Shown here: one piece after another, positions 32,135 to 41,367 of the stretch | Layout: the number at the start of each line of letters is the position of its first letter | Numbering within the stretch: position 1 is the first letter of the stretch | DNA from: an uncultured Eubacteriales bacterium | GTDB taxonomy: Bacteria > Bacillota > Clostridia > Lachnospirales > Lachnospiraceae | Assembly: GCA_900544525.1 (NCBI GenBank) | Contig: UQVN01000001.1 | Span: 1-49,884 of the forward strand | Reading direction: 5' to 3' | Length of the DNA: 49,884 nt | The notes under the pieces: generated by a model | What the model was told of the DNA's origin: nothing | The model's database searches: none | What the model saw: the letters and a program-made list of their open reading frames with translations, nothing else | Made by a program: the position numbers and the translations under genes

Positions 32135-33108
32135 ATTGTTTTATTACAATCCTCCTTCCCTTCTGTTGGAATCCATGTTTTTCTTATAAATGGTTTCTCC
32201 ACCTTTTGTTCTAATAATTTTTCATATGCATTTACATTTCGAAAGGTAGCCCCCATCATCTCATGCTCTCGGTAGTTTCTTAGTTGCTCTAAATTATACA
32301 TTGCCATATAAATATCTGTTTTTGTTTCCTCTGCCTTAAATAGAGTCATATCTACTCCATATCCATTTTCATCCCAAGGGATTGGTGAGAACGCACAAGA
32401 ATTTCCCATATTTTCTCCCGCATAATTTGCCATAACAACTCCGACCATATTTTCATATGCTCTTGTTTCTAGTACATTTACTCTTGGTCTCATTCCACTA
32501 CAGGCATTTGGTACTAAAATAATCTCTGCGCCTTTTAGCATTAATTCTCTCGCACTTTCTGGATACTCTCGATCATAACAGATCATAATCCCAAGTTTTA
32601 CCCCATGAAAATCACAAACGTTAAATGTCTCTCCTTTTTCTAATAGACATTCTAAAGAAAAATCACATGTATGTACTTTATCATACTGCATCAAAACCTT
32701 TCCTGTTTTATCAATGACAATAGCACTATTTCTAGGACGTTTTTTTCCCTTTGTATAGCAAGTTAAAACAACCCCTATGGAAAGTTCTCTTGCTTTCTCA
32801 CAAAATACCTGAATCCTTGCATCCGTCAACTCTAAGGCTTCTTCCTTCCACTCTTGATAGGCAGAATTCTCTTCCATCTCCTTCCACGTCATGCCACATT
32901 CTTTCATCTCAAATAATTCTTCTAATGTCTTTTCTTCATAAAGTAGTGGCATACCATATCCTTGAATCCAACATTCTGGAAACAATACAAGATCTGCTCC
33001 CATCTCTTTTGCTTGCTTGATAAACTCTAATCCCCTTTGTATATTTTTATTGCAATCATACATTTGTTGCTCCGCTTGAACAACAGCAATATGAAATTGG
33101 TTTTCCAT
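32131..33108 (-). CDS. carbon-nitrogen hydrolase (nitrilase superfamily) protein
   Basis: The 325-aa ORF has Glu-Lys-Cys triad contexts LVLFPE, YDKVH and GIMICYDREYPE. An ATGA overlap joins it to cobU. Confidence 0.8.
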   Translation of the reverse strand: MENQFHIAVVQAEQQMYDCNKNIQRGLEFIKQAKEMGADLVLFPECWIQGYGMPLLYEEKTLEELFEMKECGMTWKEMEENSAYQEWKEEALELTDARIQVFCEKARELSIGVVLTCYTKGKKRPRNSAIVIDKTGKVLMQYDKVHTCDFSLECLLEKGETFNVCDFHGVKLGIMICYDREYPESARELMLKGAEIILVPNACSGMRPRVNVLETRAYENMVGVVMANYAGENMGNSCAFSPIPWDENGYGVDMTLFKAEETKTDIYMAMYNLEQLRNYREHEMMGATFRNVNAYEKLLEQKVEKPFIRKTWIPTEGKEDCNKTI

Positions 33109-33216
33109 ATGGCATCAACTTCCTTTCCACTATTTATTTTATACATTCCTATATTTATGTACAATTGCAGAATGGAAACAAATGATGAGAAACACACTTT
33201 GCGTAAATGTTCTAAC

Positions 33217-33256
33217 AATAAAAGCGAAGTCATCCACTAGTAACTTCGCTTTTATT
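33217..33256. terminator. intrinsic terminator downstream of the M24 peptidase gene
   Basis: A perfect 14-bp stem pairs aataaaagcgaagt (33217-33230) with acttcgcttttatt (33243-33256). The minus-strand RNA ends in UUUUAUUGUU. Confidence 0.75.
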
Positions 33257-33365
33257 CTCACAAATGTATCTACTTTATCCTTGGCTTATTCTTCCACTCT
33301 ATCATAAATTTTATTTATGATCACCATTCGCCACTCATTATATCTTATCATTTTCTAGCAATCGC

Positions 33366-34619
33366 TTATTTATAATGTTTTCTCATCGTATCTTCAATTT
33401 CATCCACTGTTCTTGGTGTCATATAAGAAAGATTTTCACAACCAGTTTCTGTCACAAGACAGTTATCTTCAATTCGGAATCCAATTCCCCATTCTTCGTG
33501 ATAAATTCCAATATCCACACAAAATACCATGTTTGGTGCAATGATTTCTGGTGTCTGAACCATATCATGACAGTCATAGCCCACATGATGAGCGCCTCCA
33601 TGCCACATATAAGTACCGATTTCTTCAAAGTTTTTACATACACCAGCCTCTTTTAACTGCTCAAAATTATATCTTCTCGCCAGTTTATCCACATCTGCCA
33701 TTTTCATTCCTGGCTTAATAATTTCAAACATATGATCCGATGTTCTCAAAGCACATTCATATAAAAGTCTTTGCTTTTCTGTAAACTTACCATTACAAGG
33801 CCATCCACGAGATACATCATTCATTAAATGATCATAGGTCGCTCCCACATCATTTAATACCATATCACCATCTTGTGCCTGCCCTTTATAGCTATAATAA
33901 TGAATGCAGAAATTATTTTTTCCAGCAGAAATAATGGATGGAAAACCGGGACCATTTGGACTATACTGTCCAAGGACATAATCAAATTCAGCTTTGTATT
34001 GGTACTCATACATTCCTGGTTTGGAAGCCTTCATCATAGCAGTAATTCCTTCACAAGTAATGAGTTCTGCCTTTTTCATCGCTTCAATTTCGCATGGTTG
34101 CTTGATGGTGCGAAGTTTTCTCAAAATAAGATTTGCATTTTCTTGCTGAATATAAGGATAATTTATCATCACTTTCTTTAGGAAACTATGTGCTGGCTCA
34201 TCCCTATCCACTAAATCATATTTAAAGGTATCTAAATAAAGAAATCCATAATTTCCAGAAACCATCAATTGATGAAAATCATTTTCAAATATCTCCACAT
34301 ATTTTACAGTTTCAATTCCAGCTTGAACATGAACTTCGTCTTCTTTAATTCTTCTTCCGCTCCAGCGTTCCACCATCAGATCTGGTGGCAGAATATACAA
34401 TCGTTCCCAAACAGAACCTTCGCTATCTTTTCCTGCTAATAAAATCAATTCCTTTTGTTCTAAGCCAACTAAATATAAAAAATTTCGATTTGTAAAAAAT
34501 GGATAATATTCATCATTGGATTTTCGAATCTCTTGTCCCGAAAATAGAACGGCCAAAGAACCACATTTCATAGATTCATAAAATTTCTTTCGATTACCTT
34601 CAAAAAATTCTCTCTTCAT
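33366..34619 (-). CDS. M24 family metallopeptidase (Xaa-Pro aminopeptidase-like)
   Basis: The 417-aa ORF has an aminopeptidase-P-type N-terminal domain plus a pita-bread catalytic domain. Metal-ligand contexts are LNDVGATYD, HGGAHHVGYDCHD, FCVDIGIY and RIEDN. Confidence 0.85.
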   Translation of the reverse strand: MKREFFEGNRKKFYESMKCGSLAVLFSGQEIRKSNDEYYPFFTNRNFLYLVGLEQKELILLAGKDSEGSVWERLYILPPDLMVERWSGRRIKEDEVHVQAGIETVKYVEIFENDFHQLMVSGNYGFLYLDTFKYDLVDRDEPAHSFLKKVMINYPYIQQENANLILRKLRTIKQPCEIEAMKKAELITCEGITAMMKASKPGMYEYQYKAEFDYVLGQYSPNGPGFPSIISAGKNNFCIHYYSYKGQAQDGDMVLNDVGATYDHLMNDVSRGWPCNGKFTEKQRLLYECALRTSDHMFEIIKPGMKMADVDKLARRYNFEQLKEAGVCKNFEEIGTYMWHGGAHHVGYDCHDMVQTPEIIAPNMVFCVDIGIYHEEWGIGFRIEDNCLVTETGCENLSYMTPRTVDEIEDTMRKHYK

Positions 34620-34659
34620 TTCCTTTTCCTCATTTCGTTTTTCTCTTATTTATTCCTAT

Positions 34660-35751
34660 CTAACCTTCATTTTCACTTCCTGCTTTCTTTTGTTGTTTCC
34701 AAACTACAATGGCAACAATGGCTGCCACAAAAGCTCCAACAAACTTTGCCAACAAAAGAGAAGTAACTGCATTTGGTTCTTCACTCATCGTAAAACCAAT
34801 ATGAGCTGCAAAGGTAGAAGCAGCGCATACCGCAAAGGAGATATTCACTAATTTGCCCAATGGATCCATATCTTTCACCATTGTAATCTGTGGAAGTACA
34901 CTGACCATTCCAATTAACAGCCCTGCAATGCTTGTTTCATTCATTCCAAATTTATTACCAAGCCACAGACATGGTTTTTTTAATAATCGTCTTAAAAATT
35001 CTGCAAGTGGCAAACTTCCAAGCATGGTAATTCCAATGGATGCAACAATTCCAAGTGCCTCCTCAATGGGTGCTAACCCTTTTACTATCTCAATTTTTGT
35101 CAAATAAGTAAAAGCACCTAAAATCAATCCAATATTGATAAGTAATTTAATTCCAAAAGAAAAGGCTTCAAATCCTTTCATCATCGCCTTTGGAATTTTA
35201 AATAGTCCAATTCCAAGTACAATGGATAACAGAAAAATAGGAATGCTTTCTTTGATTACGGTATACACTGATAGCCCCCAGGAAACTCCACCAACCAATA
35301 ATCCAACTGGCAATGTGATTAATCCAATCAAAATCCCTTTTGCAAAAATTGATCGATCCTCTATTTGAATCACGCCCATTCCTACTGGAATGGTAAATAC
35401 AAGCGTACAACCAAAGGTGGCAGATATTACAATTCCCGCATAAGTTCCAATACTCGGATCCAATTCTAACGATTTTGCAAGTTGGTATCCACCCATATCA
35501 ATAGCTAAAAATCCTCCAAGAATGGATGGATCCAGATTCGCCAAATGGAAAATTGGAACGATGATCGTTTGCAAAAATTTAGAAAGAAGAGGGATTAAAC
35601 AGATCATACCAACCATGGAAAGTGCAGTAGGTCCCATTAACAAAAAACCATCTTCCATACACTTTCCATATCCTTTTTTGTTTCCTAAAATCAGATCGAT
35701 CCCACCTAATAAAACACCCATTGCTAATAGATATGTTATCATTTCATTCAT
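34660..35751 (-). CDS. EutH (ethanolamine utilisation protein H) family permease
   Basis: The 363-aa polytopic protein has segments EDGFLLMGPTALSMVGM and LAIDMGGYQLAKSL. These resemble my recollection of Salmonella EutH (EEGFMAMGALGLAMVGM, LACDMGGFFLAKEL). Confidence 0.7.
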   Translation of the reverse strand: MNEMITYLLAMGVLLGGIDLILGNKKGYGKCMEDGFLLMGPTALSMVGMICLIPLLSKFLQTIIVPIFHLANLDPSILGGFLAIDMGGYQLAKSLELDPSIGTYAGIVISATFGCTLVFTIPVGMGVIQIEDRSIFAKGILIGLITLPVGLLVGGVSWGLSVYTVIKESIPIFLLSIVLGIGLFKIPKAMMKGFEAFSFGIKLLINIGLILGAFTYLTKIEIVKGLAPIEEALGIVASIGITMLGSLPLAEFLRRLLKKPCLWLGNKFGMNETSIAGLLIGMVSVLPQITMVKDMDPLGKLVNISFAVCAASTFAAHIGFTMSEEPNAVTSLLLAKFVGAFVAAIVAIVVWKQQKKAGSENEG

Positions 35752-35937
35752 AGATTTTTTCCTCTACTTCATTTTTTATTTCCAGAAGCCCCCGCTTTCC
35801 TCTAAAACCCTCTCATACTATAACAATTATTTTCTTACTAGGCTAGATCCCATCCTTATTTTTCCAAACTTTCTTATCTTTGAAATCCAAATAGACCTTG
35901 GAGTGCTCGTTACAATATTGCTGTATTCTTTAAACTC

Positions 35938-38178
35938 TTATCTTCTTCTAAGATAAAAAAGTCTTGAGAAGTAATCTCCTTGCTGCTCTCTAGCCACCCC
36001 TGCTAAACCAGAAGAAACATCGGAAACACTAAATCCTGCATACATCAACTCATCTCCATAATGGGTTGTCGCCTCTTTTTTTGCTCCAAAGAATTCTTGA
36101 ATTTCATACAAACTGTCCTCTTTCAATCCATTTAAGTAAATGCGCTCAAACTTACCTTGTGCTGGTTGCAATACTCGAAAATACGCCATTAACGCTTCTG
36201 TCTGATCTTCTGAAACAACCATCCATGCAGAGGAATTATTCTCAAATGGACTTTTTAAGCGATAAAATCTTCCCTGTTGAATCAAGGTTCTATGTTCCTT
36301 CATAAAAGCAACTTGCTCTTTCATCTTCTCAATATCTTCTTCTGGCAATTTTGTAATATCAAGTTCATAGCCAAAGGTTCCAAAATATGCCACATTTGCA
36401 CGAATCTCCATTGGCGTATTTCGGAATACTTGATGATTTGGAGAAGCAGAAACATGACTGCCAATACTGCTGATTGGATATACATAAGAGCTTCCATATT
36501 GAATCTTAATGCGATCAATCGCATCCGTATTATCCGAAGTCCATGCCTGTGGTGCGTAATATAACATTCCTGGATCAAATCTCGCTCCACCACTTGCACA
36601 AGACTCAAATAAAATATGTGGAAACTCTTGAATCAATCGTTCATATAAGGAATATACTCCAAGGATGTATTTATGTCTTACCTTTCCTTGATATGCCTTT
36701 CCATTTCCATTAGAAAACACTTCTGAGAACGAACGATTCATATCCCATTTCACATAAGAAATAGGCGCTTCTTCTAGCACTTTTTTCATCTGTTGATAAA
36801 TATATTCTACGACTTCTTCTTTTGAAAAATCAAGAACATATTGGTTTCTACTATGACAATAGTTTCTTCTTATATCTGCAAGTACCCAATCTGGGTGCGC
36901 ACGGAACAAATCACTATCTTTATTTGTCATCTCTGGCTCAAACCAAAGTCCAAACTTCAATCCCAATTCTTCGATTTTCTTCGCCAATCCAGCAATTCCA
37001 TTTGGTAACTTCTCTAAGTTTGGATACCAATCGCCAAGAGAACAGTTATCAATGTTTCTCTTACCAAACCAACCATCATCCAAGACAAACAATTCTACTC
37101 CAATTTCTTTTGCTTTTTTGGCGATTTGTAAAATTTTCTCTTCATGAAAATCAAAGTAAGTAGCTTCCCAATTATTAATAAGAATAGGGCGTTCTCTATC
37201 TCTCCAATATCCTCTTGCTAACCTTGTGCGATACAGCTCTTGATAGACTTGACTCATAGCATTCATTCCATGATCCGAATAAACCATAACAAGTTCTGGT
37301 GTTTGAAACTCCTCTCCTTGTCCTAATTCCCAACGAAACTCATTGGGATGAATTCCAAGAAGAACTCTTGTCACGTCAAAATTATCCACTTCTACTTGTG
37401 CTAAAAAATCACCACTATATACAAGACTAAATCCAAGCACTTCCCCTTGCGTCTCTGTTGCCTCTTCTCTCTTTAACATAAGAAACGGATTGAACTGATG
37501 ACTACTACATCCTCTCATACTATAGATTCCTTGAATTCCATAGTTCAGTTTTCTCTTATGCACATGGCGTTCCCTTGACCATGTTCCCGCTAGTTCTACC
37601 ATTTCATATTCTTTATCTGGTAGATCAAGACAACCACTTAAACAATTTAATAATGTAATCTTTTCGCTTCCTTGACAAAGGAATTTGGCGTGTTTCGTAA
37701 TCACAGGAAGCTTTTTCCAAACGGTATAAGATAAAAGCAACTGCATTTGTAAGTCCTGATCTTCTAATATAATTTCCAAGGTATCAGCTTCCTCTTTGGA
37801 TTCTACATAAACAGCTGGTAGTCCATCTAAAGATTTTTTTCCTTTCAAAATAACATGTTCTTTATATCGAAAATCTGCAACACGACTTCCATCTTCTCTC
37901 TCTAACTCAAAAGCAGAATAGCGCATATCACCAGAACCAAAGGTTGGATATTCTTGTTTTAAATGCTCCAATGAAAAACTCGTGTTTCCTTCAAAAGCAC
38001 ACGGTGCCATATCTCTTCTGGCATATTCGACTAAATATCCAAAATCTTCTCGATCAGTAATGTGTTTCCCATAGTAAAGATGTCCTAATTGTCCATTTTC
38101 TAACACCTTAATAATATAACTAATCTGATCATTATATAAATGAAATTCTTTTGATAATAAATGAAACTGAATTGGCAT
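35938..38178 (-). CDS. agaA: GH36 alpha-galactosidase
   Basis: The 746-aa ORF has a nucleophile context YVKWDMNR, an acid/base context ESCASGGARFD and DDGWFGKRN. GGGAGGA lies 9 nt upstream. Confidence 0.92.
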   Translation of the reverse strand: MPIQFHLLSKEFHLYNDQISYIIKVLENGQLGHLYYGKHITDREDFGYLVEYARRDMAPCAFEGNTSFSLEHLKQEYPTFGSGDMRYSAFELEREDGSRVADFRYKEHVILKGKKSLDGLPAVYVESKEEADTLEIILEDQDLQMQLLLSYTVWKKLPVITKHAKFLCQGSEKITLLNCLSGCLDLPDKEYEMVELAGTWSRERHVHKRKLNYGIQGIYSMRGCSSHQFNPFLMLKREEATETQGEVLGFSLVYSGDFLAQVEVDNFDVTRVLLGIHPNEFRWELGQGEEFQTPELVMVYSDHGMNAMSQVYQELYRTRLARGYWRDRERPILINNWEATYFDFHEEKILQIAKKAKEIGVELFVLDDGWFGKRNIDNCSLGDWYPNLEKLPNGIAGLAKKIEELGLKFGLWFEPEMTNKDSDLFRAHPDWVLADIRRNYCHSRNQYVLDFSKEEVVEYIYQQMKKVLEEAPISYVKWDMNRSFSEVFSNGNGKAYQGKVRHKYILGVYSLYERLIQEFPHILFESCASGGARFDPGMLYYAPQAWTSDNTDAIDRIKIQYGSSYVYPISSIGSHVSASPNHQVFRNTPMEIRANVAYFGTFGYELDITKLPEEDIEKMKEQVAFMKEHRTLIQQGRFYRLKSPFENNSSAWMVVSEDQTEALMAYFRVLQPAQGKFERIYLNGLKEDSLYEIQEFFGAKKEATTHYGDELMYAGFSVSDVSSGLAGVAREQQGDYFSRLFYLRRR

Positions 38179-38249
38179 AACTATAAGTCCTCCCTTATTT
38201 TTTCAACTGCTCCTTAACATATACATCTCTACTTCTAAGCTCAAACAAC

Positions 38250-38277
38250 TGTCGCATAAAACAATATTTATGCGACA
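38250..38277 (-). terminator. intercistronic stem-loop between the permease gene and agaA
   Basis: A perfect 11-bp stem pairs tgtcgcataaa with tttatgcgaca around a 6-nt loop. The minus-strand tail GUUGUUUGAGC is only moderately U-rich. Confidence 0.4.
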
Positions 38278-38314
38278 ATCTATTTTAGAAAGCTTGATAA
38301 CCTTCTTTTAAACA

Positions 38315-39136
38315 TTATTTAATTGCTCCACCTGTACCTTCCACAATATATTTTTGAGCAATGATAAAGATCACAATCGGCGGAATAATCATAATTAATG
38401 TAATACAAAGCATTGGAATAATCTGTGTTTGATGAACCCCTTTAAATGATGCAAGTCCCAATGCTAATGTATATTTCTTTCTATCTTGCAAGAAAATCAA
38501 TGGTCCAAGATAATCATTCCATGCTGTAATCATATTTAATACACCAACTAAAATCAAAGATGGTTTTAAAATTGGCATGAAAATCTTCCAATAAATCTGA
38601 AATTGATTCGCTCCATCAATAACTGCTGCCTCTTCAAAGTCTTTTGGCACTCCCATCAAGAATTGTCTCATTAAAAAGATATAGTAAGCAGAACCAAACC
38701 ATGATGGAATAATCAATGGTTTCAATGTGTTAATCCATCCAAAAAGATTGAATTCCATATACTGTGGAATCATCGTAACATCCCATGGAATCATCATTGT
38801 TGATAATAAAATCATGAATAATACATTTTTTCCTTTGAAGTGAAAACGCGCAAATCCATAAGCAACTAACGAACAAGAAAGAATCTGTCCTGCTGTTGAA
38901 CCAACGGTTACAAGAATCGAATTCCATAAATAGGTTCCAAAAGGCTGTGCCTTCCATGCTTCTAAAAAGTTACTAAAAAGCCATTTCTCTGGCAATAGTT
39001 TTGGTGGATACGCAATGGCTTCCGCTTCTGTTTTAAAAGCAGAGAAAAACAAGTAAATAAATGGTGCCATAAAATAAATGGCTACTAGTGTCAATAGAAC
39101 ATAGATGATCACTTTCGCCTTCTTAGACAATCTCAT
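38315..39136 (-). CDS. carbohydrate ABC transporter permease (CUT1, MalG-like), paralog of 10772..11593
   Basis: It is 273 aa, the same length as its paralog, and by eye about 90% identical in protein (EEAAVIDGANQFQIYWKIFMP). Confidence 0.92.
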   Translation of the reverse strand: MRLSKKAKVIIYVLLTLVAIYFMAPFIYLFFSAFKTEAEAIAYPPKLLPEKWLFSNFLEAWKAQPFGTYLWNSILVTVGSTAGQILSCSLVAYGFARFHFKGKNVLFMILLSTMMIPWDVTMIPQYMEFNLFGWINTLKPLIIPSWFGSAYYIFLMRQFLMGVPKDFEEAAVIDGANQFQIYWKIFMPILKPSLILVGVLNMITAWNDYLGPLIFLQDRKKYTLALGLASFKGVHQTQIIPMLCITLIMIIPPIVIFIIAQKYIVEGTGGAIK

Positions 39137-40056
39137 TTCTTTTTCCCTCCTCTTTTCTTTGTTTTTACATTTCTTGATTCCGTTTCATAGAATACCCATG
39201 CGGAAGAAGACTTAAATACAAGTGCTGTTAAACATAAGATAATAAGAAACATTACCCACGCATTGGCACTGGCATATCCAAGTTTATGGTATTTAAACGC
39301 ATTGTTATATGTGAATAATCCATAAAAATATGTAGATTTCAATGGACCACCACCCGTCAGCAACATAACTAATGTCACTTGCTGGAAAGAACTAATAACG
39401 GATGTAATTAAGTTGAATAAAATCGTTGGTGTAATAATCGGTAATGTAATGCTAAAAAACTGTTTTGCTGGACTTGCTCCATCGATAGATGCTGCCTCAT
39501 AAATATCATTTGGAATATTTTTAATATCAGTATAGAAAATGAGCATCATCGTACCAACCCCAAAAGCACTAGCTATAATAACTGCAAGCAAAGCCCATGC
39601 TGGATCAACCAGCCAGTTTGGTCCTTTGATTCCAATTAAAGATAATAAATAATTTAATACGCCATAGTCGCCTTTTAAAATCCATCCCCAGATAATAGAA
39701 ACTGCCACTCCTGAAATAACAGCTGGAATATAAAATAACGTACGATAAATCTTTACTCCTTTTACTGGTTGTGTAATCAGCATCGCTAAAAATAATGCAA
39801 TAGCCATGTTAAGGGGAACAAAAATTGCTGCATATTTTAAACTAATAAACAAAGATTTCTTAAACTGCGGATCTTTTGTAAACATCTGTATGTAGTTTCC
39901 CAATCCAATAAACTCTGGGCTTCCTGTAATTGGCCAATCACAAAAACTCATAACAAAAGATAAAATCAATGGTCCTGCTGTAAACACTAAAAAACCAATA
40001 ATCCAAGGCGAAATAAATAGATACGGGGTTAGCTGTTTCCTTCTTTTCATTCCCAT
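39133..40056 (-). CDS. sugar ABC transporter permease (CUT1, MalF-like), paralog of 11590..12516
   Basis: It is near-collinear with its paralog, including the lysine-rich C-terminal tail KKRGGKKK. The start is ATG 40056 or ATG 40050, and both follow a GGAGAAGGAGA tract. Confidence 0.9.
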   Translation of the reverse strand: MGMKRRKQLTPYLFISPWIIGFLVFTAGPLILSFVMSFCDWPITGSPEFIGLGNYIQMFTKDPQFKKSLFISLKYAAIFVPLNMAIALFLAMLITQPVKGVKIYRTLFYIPAVISGVAVSIIWGWILKGDYGVLNYLLSLIGIKGPNWLVDPAWALLAVIIASAFGVGTMMLIFYTDIKNIPNDIYEAASIDGASPAKQFFSITLPIITPTILFNLITSVISSFQQVTLVMLLTGGGPLKSTYFYGLFTYNNAFKYHKLGYASANAWVMFLIILCLTALVFKSSSAWVFYETESRNVKTKKRGGKKK

Positions 40057-40093
40057 TCTCCTTCTCCTTTAACGCTTTTTATTCGTTTCTTGC

Positions 40094-41347
40094 CTACTCA
40101 TGCATTTGAACAACTTCATCTAATGCCTGTTTCGGATCCATCATAGTACTTGGATTGTAAATACTTTCGATTGCAAAAGAAACATCTGTATCAATTTCAG
40201 GCCAACCTTCTTTAATAAAGCTCGCTGGTGTATGTCCTACACTTTCCTCTAATGCTTGATAAAATGGCCCATAGAGTTCATTTTCTGTTAATTTTTCAGA
40301 CTCTGCAACAGATTTTAAGGCTGGTAATTCTGTTCCAATCCGTTCTTTGTTTAATTCTTCTCCTGTCCAGTATTTAACGAATTCCCATGCTTCCTCTTTG
40401 TATTTACAATCTTTTGAAATAGCAATTCCTGATGTATTTAATACACTGATAGAATGATCCGTTCCTTCAAATTTTGGAATTGGAGCAATGCCAAAATTAA
40501 TACCGCCATTTTCAAAACGTTTCATTGGCCATGTTCCATCTACATACATGGCTGTTTTTTCAGTAAGCATCTCATCTGAAACTTGTGTTTCTGATGCATT
40601 TGCAACACCTTCTTTTTCCATATCTTGAAATGTTTTAAACACTTCAATTGCTTCTGGACTATTAATATTTCCATCTAACTTTCCATTTTCATCAACGAAA
40701 GCGGTTCCATTGCTCCATAAATACATCTCAAATGTATATGGTAATGTTTTCATTAAAAATGAAAATCCATTAACATCTGGAACTTTTGCTTGAATCTCTT
40801 TTGATGCTTTTGCTACATCATCCCATGTCCAATCTGCTGTTGGATAAGCAACTCCTGCTTGATCAAAAATATCTTTGTTGTAATACAAACAAGAGGTAAC
40901 TGCACTTACTGGAATACCATAGGTAACACCATCTTTTGAGTTATATGGCCATAATGCTTCATAAAAATTGTCTTTATATTCCTGACCCTCTTTTTCAATA
41001 AAGGAATCCAAAGGTTCCAGATTATCTCCATAAGTTGGATAATCCCACATATACATAATATCTGGTGCATCCCCTGCTCCCATACCAGCAGAGATTTTTG
41101 TATCATAGTCTTTTCCATAAGCTTCTAATGTAATCTCAATTTTATCTTGATTTTCATTAAAGCGATCCACTCGTGCCTGCTGATTATCCAGCTCTTCTGC
41201 ATCATCCCAAGTAGAAAAACGTAAATGGACTTTTCCATCTGCACTCTTACCTGAATCATTACCTTTGCTTCCACATCCTGTTAAAAGAGACATTGTCATC
41301 CCAGCTACCAAACCTACAGTTACCACTTTTTTCACCCATTTTCTCAT
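40094..41347 (-). CDS. ABC transporter extracellular sugar-binding lipoprotein, diverged paralog of 12551..13795
   Basis: It has a lipobox LTGC and shared blocks TLEAYG..DTKISAGMG.GDAPD.MYMWDYP. I chose the start at ATG 41347 (MRKWVKK...) because GGAGG lies 8 nt upstream. Confidence 0.9.
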   Translation of the reverse strand: MRKWVKKVVTVGLVAGMTMSLLTGCGSKGNDSGKSADGKVHLRFSTWDDAEELDNQQARVDRFNENQDKIEITLEAYGKDYDTKISAGMGAGDAPDIMYMWDYPTYGDNLEPLDSFIEKEGQEYKDNFYEALWPYNSKDGVTYGIPVSAVTSCLYYNKDIFDQAGVAYPTADWTWDDVAKASKEIQAKVPDVNGFSFLMKTLPYTFEMYLWSNGTAFVDENGKLDGNINSPEAIEVFKTFQDMEKEGVANASETQVSDEMLTEKTAMYVDGTWPMKRFENGGINFGIAPIPKFEGTDHSISVLNTSGIAISKDCKYKEEAWEFVKYWTGEELNKERIGTELPALKSVAESEKLTENELYGPFYQALEESVGHTPASFIKEGWPEIDTDVSFAIESIYNPSTMMDPKQALDEVVQMHE

Positions 41348-41367
41348 AATGAATACCTCCATTTATT

